A stretch of 64,000 bases of DNA from an uncultured Bdellovibrionales bacterium (GTDB taxonomy: Bacteria > Myxococcota > XYA12-FULL-58-9 > CAYXVF01): contig CAYXVF010000019.1 of assembly GCA_964468125.1 (NCBI GenBank), positions 1,975 to 65,974 of the forward strand. Reading direction: 5' to 3'. The notes under the pieces are model-generated. The model saw only the letters and a list, made by a program, of their open reading frames with translations, ran no database searches and was not told where the DNA came from. The translations under genes and the position numbers were made by a program. Each line of letters begins with the position of its first letter. Position 1 is the first letter of the stretch. Shown here in pieces: positions 60,225 through 64,000 of this stretch.

Positions 60225-62303
60225 TCAGCCTTCGGGCCCCCGTTGCTTCCAAAGCTCGATCGTGCGGTCTTCGATGGTGAGCACGAACAGCTCCTTGATG
60301 GCGTCGCCATTGTCGTCGAATTTGAGGGTCCCCGTCACCCCCTTGATCGGCGCCATTTCGAGCAGGGCCTGCCGCAAGGCTTCGCGGCTGCGGATCGTAT
60401 TCTTTGATAGGAGCGTGCGCACGAGACGCGCCGTGTCGTAGGCCTGCGCATCGCTCAGCACCGGTTCCGCACCGACCGCCTCCCGAAATTGGGAAACAAA
60501 ATCGCGCACAAGGGTGTCTGGGTTGTCCGGGTAGTAGGCGTCGACAAAGACCGCCTCCTCGCAGTAGCGATCGCAACTGTCCGGTGTGCTCGGATGATTC
60601 CACGTACTGCCCCCCATGAGGGTCACCGGATTGATGTCGTCGTTGCCCGTCGCCTTTTTGATTTTCTCGAGCATTCTGGGGTCGCGGGTCATGACGATGT
60701 CTTCCACCGCCAGCGCCGGCGCAATGAGCCCGATGTTCTTGCCCGTATCGGGGATCACGATCGCGTCGAAATCGACGATCGGCGGAAGCTCTTTCTGCAG
60801 CTTTTCCACCGCCGCGCGAAAGCGGTGCGACGGCAGCTTCTTGGCGCGAAGCTCCTGGAGCGCCTGTCGATAATCCCAGCGGCTGTACATGTAGTAGCGG
60901 CCCACCATTCGTTTGACCGGGCTACTGAACGTCGTCTCATCGTGCTCGTAGGCTTCCGCCGCCGTTATCGAGCCCTTGCGGCGCTCCACCTCCTTCCAAA
61001 ACGCCGTGGCGAAGGCGATGCCGTAGCGGCTGCGGGGCCACATCAAGGCAAAGCGCGTGAAACCGAGCTCCTCGAAGGCGACCTTCGCGAGTCCCTTCGC
61101 CTGCGCTTCCACCGTCAAGCCGGTTCGGAAGACCCAGGGGCCCGTGGAGGGCAAACCGTCGCGGTAGGAGAGCGCGATGAGCGGGACGCTGAGCTCCTCG
61201 GCCTTCTGCGCGGCGGCGAGCGCGGAGCTCGAAAACAGAGGTCCGATGATCGCGACGACGTTGTGCTCGAGGACCAGCTCTTCGACTGCGCGGGTGGCGA
61301 CGTTGCCATCCGCCTGGCTGTCGCGAACCACCAGCTCGTAGCCACTGTCGGCGCCCATCGCGAGCTTCATGGCCGCAAGGGAACGTTCGCCGAACGGCTT
61401 GAATCGGCCGCTCAGTGGCACGAGGACGCCGATCTTCTTCGGGTTGATGCTGAAGCGTGCTTCCAGGCGCTCGGAGAAATCGCGGGCCGCGCTTCCGTAG
61501 GGCCCTGAGGCATAGCGCGACAGGTAGGCCTCGAGCACCTCGCGCGAGGCGTCGTAGTCACGCACGTGGTAGTGCATCTTGGCGAGCCTGAATCCGACGG
61601 CAGGGGCGATGAAGGACCAGGCCTCGTCCGAGCTGCGGTTCCAGGCCTGCTGCAGCGACTCGTAGTCGAGAGCGTCGGCGAGGGAGGGCGCTCGTTCGTC
61701 GATGAGACCGCGCTGAGCCGGGGTGAGGGCGGATTGGCCTCGCATGCGCACGACGATGTCGAGGGCCTCGAGCCCTTCGCCCGCACTCGCGAGGGCGTCG
61801 GCGAGAAGAAGACCGAGGCGGATCTGGTCCTGGTCCGCGGTGCCATCATCGAAGATCGACTGGAGCATCTCCGCCGCATCCTTGGGTCGGCCGGCCTCCA
61901 GCAGGAGTGTCGCGTAGCTCTCACGAGCGGCCGCGATGCGATCGAACTGCGGCCGGTAGAACAGGAGCTTCTCGTACCACTCGATCGCCGTCTCGGTGGC
62001 ACCCGCCTCGGTCGCCGCCCGGGCCCGCGCCTCGTAGAGATCGGCGGCGGCGGCGGTGTTCGGATAGCGGTCGAGGATCTCCTCTTCCTTCGTCTCTGCT
62101 GCCGCCGGGTCACTTTCCCGCAGGGAGCGCGCTTCGGCGAGCAGGCTCTTGGCGGCTTCCTCATCGCTGGCGTCTGCCGGCGGCGGCTTGTCGATCACCG
62201 TTCCGTCTGCGCGCCTCAACACGGGAACAGGGGGCTTGGGCTTGCACGCCGTGACGGCGGCGGTCGCCGCCAGCAACACCATCGCGAGTCGGGTCATCAG
62301 CAT
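60225..62303 (-). CDS. Lipoprotein with an N-terminal TPR-like domain and a C-terminal type-I periplasmic binding (LivK-like) domain; LpoA-like penicillin-binding-protein activator architecture
   Basis: The lipobox is AAVTAC. The TPR-like helices are followed by KIGVLVPLSGRF...VVAIIGPLFSS (Peripla_BP_6-like). ATG 62303 is chosen; the track start at 62312 is TTG. Confidence 0.6.
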   Translation of the reverse strand: MLMTRLAMVLLAATAAVTACKPKPPVPVLRRADGTVIDKPPPADASDEEAAKSLLAEARSLRESDPAAAETKEEEILDRYPNTAAAADLYEARARAATEAGATETAIEWYEKLLFYRPQFDRIAAARESYATLLLEAGRPKDAAEMLQSIFDDGTADQDQIRLGLLLADALASAGEGLEALDIVVRMRGQSALTPAQRGLIDERAPSLADALDYESLQQAWNRSSDEAWSFIAPAVGFRLAKMHYHVRDYDASREVLEAYLSRYASGPYGSAARDFSERLEARFSINPKKIGVLVPLSGRFKPFGERSLAAMKLAMGADSGYELVVRDSQADGNVATRAVEELVLEHNVVAIIGPLFSSSALAAAQKAEELSVPLIALSYRDGLPSTGPWVFRTGLTVEAQAKGLAKVAFEELGFTRFALMWPRSRYGIAFATAFWKEVERRKGSITAAEAYEHDETTFSSPVKRMVGRYYMYSRWDYRQALQELRAKKLPSHRFRAAVEKLQKELPPIVDFDAIVIPDTGKNIGLIAPALAVEDIVMTRDPRMLEKIKKATGNDDINPVTLMGGSTWNHPSTPDSCDRYCEEAVFVDAYYPDNPDTLVRDFVSQFREAVGAEPVLSDAQAYDTARLVRTLLSKNTIRSREALRQALLEMAPIKGVTGTLKFDDNGDAIKELFVLTIEDRTIELWKQRGPEG

Positions 62304-62445
62304 CGTGGGCAACCTTTAGCGAATCCCGTGCCGAGTTCCAAACGGCTCGTCGCTCCCCCTGGGAGAGGTGGGAGACAAAACCCGTCTACGAATGCGAACC
62401 GATCTGTGCGGATTTGAAGCCAGGCAACGATGGCGAGCTCCCGAG

Positions 62446-64000
62446 TCAGGCCGCCTCGAGAGACGCACGGACGTGTTTGGCAAAGCGGCTGACCGTGGGC
62501 TCCGGATCTTCCGTCAGAGGCGCGAGCGCTTCGGCCAACCCGTCCCGGTTCAGATCGCGAAGCACGACAATCGCGGTTTCGCGGCAGACGGCGTGGGGGC
62601 TCTCCAGGAGTTTCATCACTTCGTCTTCGAGCTCGCGCAGCTCGTGGTCTCCGATGGCCACTGCCGCACAGCATTGCAGCCAGGGATCCTGCGCTTCGAG
62701 CAGGACCTGAAGCCACTCCGTGCGTGTCTTGCGCTCGAGGGTGAAGTGCTCCTCGCCCACGTTGAGCTTCTGGGCGGCGGTGTTCTCTTCCAGGATTGGG
62801 ATGATGAACGGCTTTTCGCGCTTGTCGAGGAGGTTGTCCAACACTTCGACCGCGTTGGCGCGCGTGGCGACGACCGTACTTCGCAGATTCACCGCCACGA
62901 GCTTGATGGTGTCGAGCGGGTAGCGCAGTCCCAGAAGCCACATCACCCGTTGGGCGCTCTGTTTTTCCCGATGGGCGAGGGCGTCCTGGAGCAACACTCC
63001 CGCTTCCCGCTCCAGGCGCAGGTCTTGGCGCGTCGCGAGCGTTTGATAGTAGCCGAGAGCTTCCTTGCGCAGCGCTTCGCTCACCTTGGTCTCATCGAGG
63101 CGCGCGCCGGGGGTGCGCTCCTTGAGTTGGGTCAAGCCCTGCAGCACGACGTTGCGCACTTCCGTGTCGGCATCGTCCATGAATCGCATCAGGATGTCGA
63201 TCGACTGGAGCGACGGCAGCGCAGCGATCACACGCGGGAGCTGCGCCCGGATCGCTCGCGGGGTCGATTCGTTCTCCAGTAGCGGGAGCACGTGGGCGAA
63301 CACCTGCGGGCCAAACTGCGCGATCGCAGCGACCGCCGAACGCTTGAGGCGAGGACGCTCCAGGCACTGAATCAGTGACTCGATCAGCTCCGGCGACTTC
63401 ATTCGCCCCGCGGCTTTGACTGCGGCGAGGCGCACCTCTTCGCTGTCGTCGGCGAGGAGCGGTAGGAGCGGCTGGTAGAAGGTCTGGACCCCGACCTCAC
63501 CGAGGATCCACGCCGCCTCCGCTCTCGCTTTCGGCTCCTCCCCGCCGAGCATCGCCTTGAGGGGTTCGGCGGAGGCGAGGACCCCATCGAGGCCGCCGTA
63601 GCGGACAAATCCAGCGACCGTAGAGGAGCGCACGCGTAGGTCGTCGTCCTCGAGAAGAGCTTGCGCCTCGGGAATCGCGCGTTCACGGCTGACGGAGGCC
63701 AGTGCCATCACCGCTGCGGCCCTGACGCGAGGCGATTCGTCCTGAAGGAGCGGAGTCAGAAGGCCGCTGTCGATGTCGGCACGCGCGTTGCGCAAGGTGT
63801 TCAGCGCGTGAACGCGCACATCCTCCACCTCGTGGTCCAAGAGCCGCGCGACCCGCTCGTGCACCGAGTCGCGGCCCTTGCCCGACACGAACAGCACCAG
63901 GTCGAGCGAGTGGAGCACCTCGCCGATGTCGTTACTCTCGAGGGATTGGCGCACCGTCTCGAGCGTCTGCTCGTCATGGATCTCGAAGTTCGCATCCGCA
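62446..64000 (-). CDS. HEAT-repeat protein, probably 5'-partial (frame open to window end)
   Basis: The protein shows repeated ~31-aa helical units with D..VR..A...L patterns (DEDLRVRSSTVAG, SEEVRLAAVKAAG, DTEVRNVVLQGL). There is no stop between 63954 and 64000 in frame. Confidence 0.6.
   Translation of the reverse strand, partial: ADANFEIHDEQTLETVRQSLESNDIGEVLHSLDLVLFVSGKGRDSVHERVARLLDHEVEDVRVHALNTLRNARADIDSGLLTPLLQDESPRVRAAAVMALASVSRERAIPEAQALLEDDDLRVRSSTVAGFVRYGGLDGVLASAEPLKAMLGGEEPKARAEAAWILGEVGVQTFYQPLLPLLADDSEEVRLAAVKAAGRMKSPELIESLIQCLERPRLKRSAVAAIAQFGPQVFAHVLPLLENESTPRAIRAQLPRVIAALPSLQSIDILMRFMDDADTEVRNVVLQGLTQLKERTPGARLDETKVSEALRKEALGYYQTLATRQDLRLEREAGVLLQDALAHREKQSAQRVMWLLGLRYPLDTIKLVAVNLRSTVVATRANAVEVLDNLLDKREKPFIIPILEENTAAQKLNVGEEHFTLERKTRTEWLQVLLEAQDPWLQCCAAVAIGDHELRELEDEVMKLLESPHAVCRETAIVVLRDLNRDGLAEALAPLTEDPEPTVSRFAKHVRASLEAA

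Noticed and set aside
60489-63282. Plus-strand ORFs 60489..61508, 61566..62417 and 62368..63282, opposite the LpoA-like and HEAT-repeat genes.
   Set aside because: They are antisense shadows. The minus-strand frames show a lipobox, a periplasmic-binding fold pattern and regular HEAT repeats.
1-64000. A search by eye for tRNA/rRNA genes, CRISPR repeat-spacer arrays, IS elements, integrases or phage genes, and for a low-GC island.
   Set aside because: I saw no direct-repeat/spacer periodicity, no cloverleaf-like segments in the short intergenic regions, no transposase or integrase motifs, and no obvious compositional break. I cannot exclude small RNAs without covariance-model searches.

Overview
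This is a GC-rich (by eye about two-thirds G+C, with strong G/C bias at codon position 3), very gene-dense chromosomal segment. I call 46 protein-coding genes. I recognised no rRNA, tRNA, CRISPR array, transposase, integrase or prophage hallmark. The gene content points to a Myxococcota-type genome; this is inference, not a database result. Supporting features are a MYXO-CTERM-like tail on a secreted S8 protease, many lipobox lipoproteins, Cys-rich secreted proteins, PilY1 and a PilW-like protein, and a DUF4388-like J protein. Most of the window is housekeeping or envelope biology: an ABC exporter, LOG/HAD, GatB/YqeY, asparaginase II, a SWIM-SNF2 helicase, lysC-comEA-psd-pgeF, ybgF, a LysM protein, POT and OPT peptide transporters, a ClpA-like unfoldase, msrB, pldA, recO, sppA and a J-protein. 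Genes are frequently chained by 4-nt start/stop overlaps (ATGA/GTGA), and most convergent gene pairs overlap at their 3' ends. The track's many long antisense or alternative-frame ORFs are GC-driven shadow ORFs. The candidates most worth a second look are: (1) a translationally coupled M50 protease - DinG helicase - radical SAM/SPASM triplet; (2) a 1415-aa acidic orphan protein with no signal peptide upstream of pldA; (3) a 590-aa orphan coupled to a lipoprotein and a small membrane protein; (4) histone-like Lys-rich tails on two metabolic enzymes of one operon; (5) an S8 protease with a 4x Cys/Asp repeat; (6) unusual domain fusions in PilY1 and SppA; and (7) several apparent catalytic-motif substitutions (M50 HExxH>HDxxH, J-domain HPD>HLD, hydrolase GxSxG>ADGFG). 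All family assignments come from motif recognition by eye and need HMM or structure confirmation.
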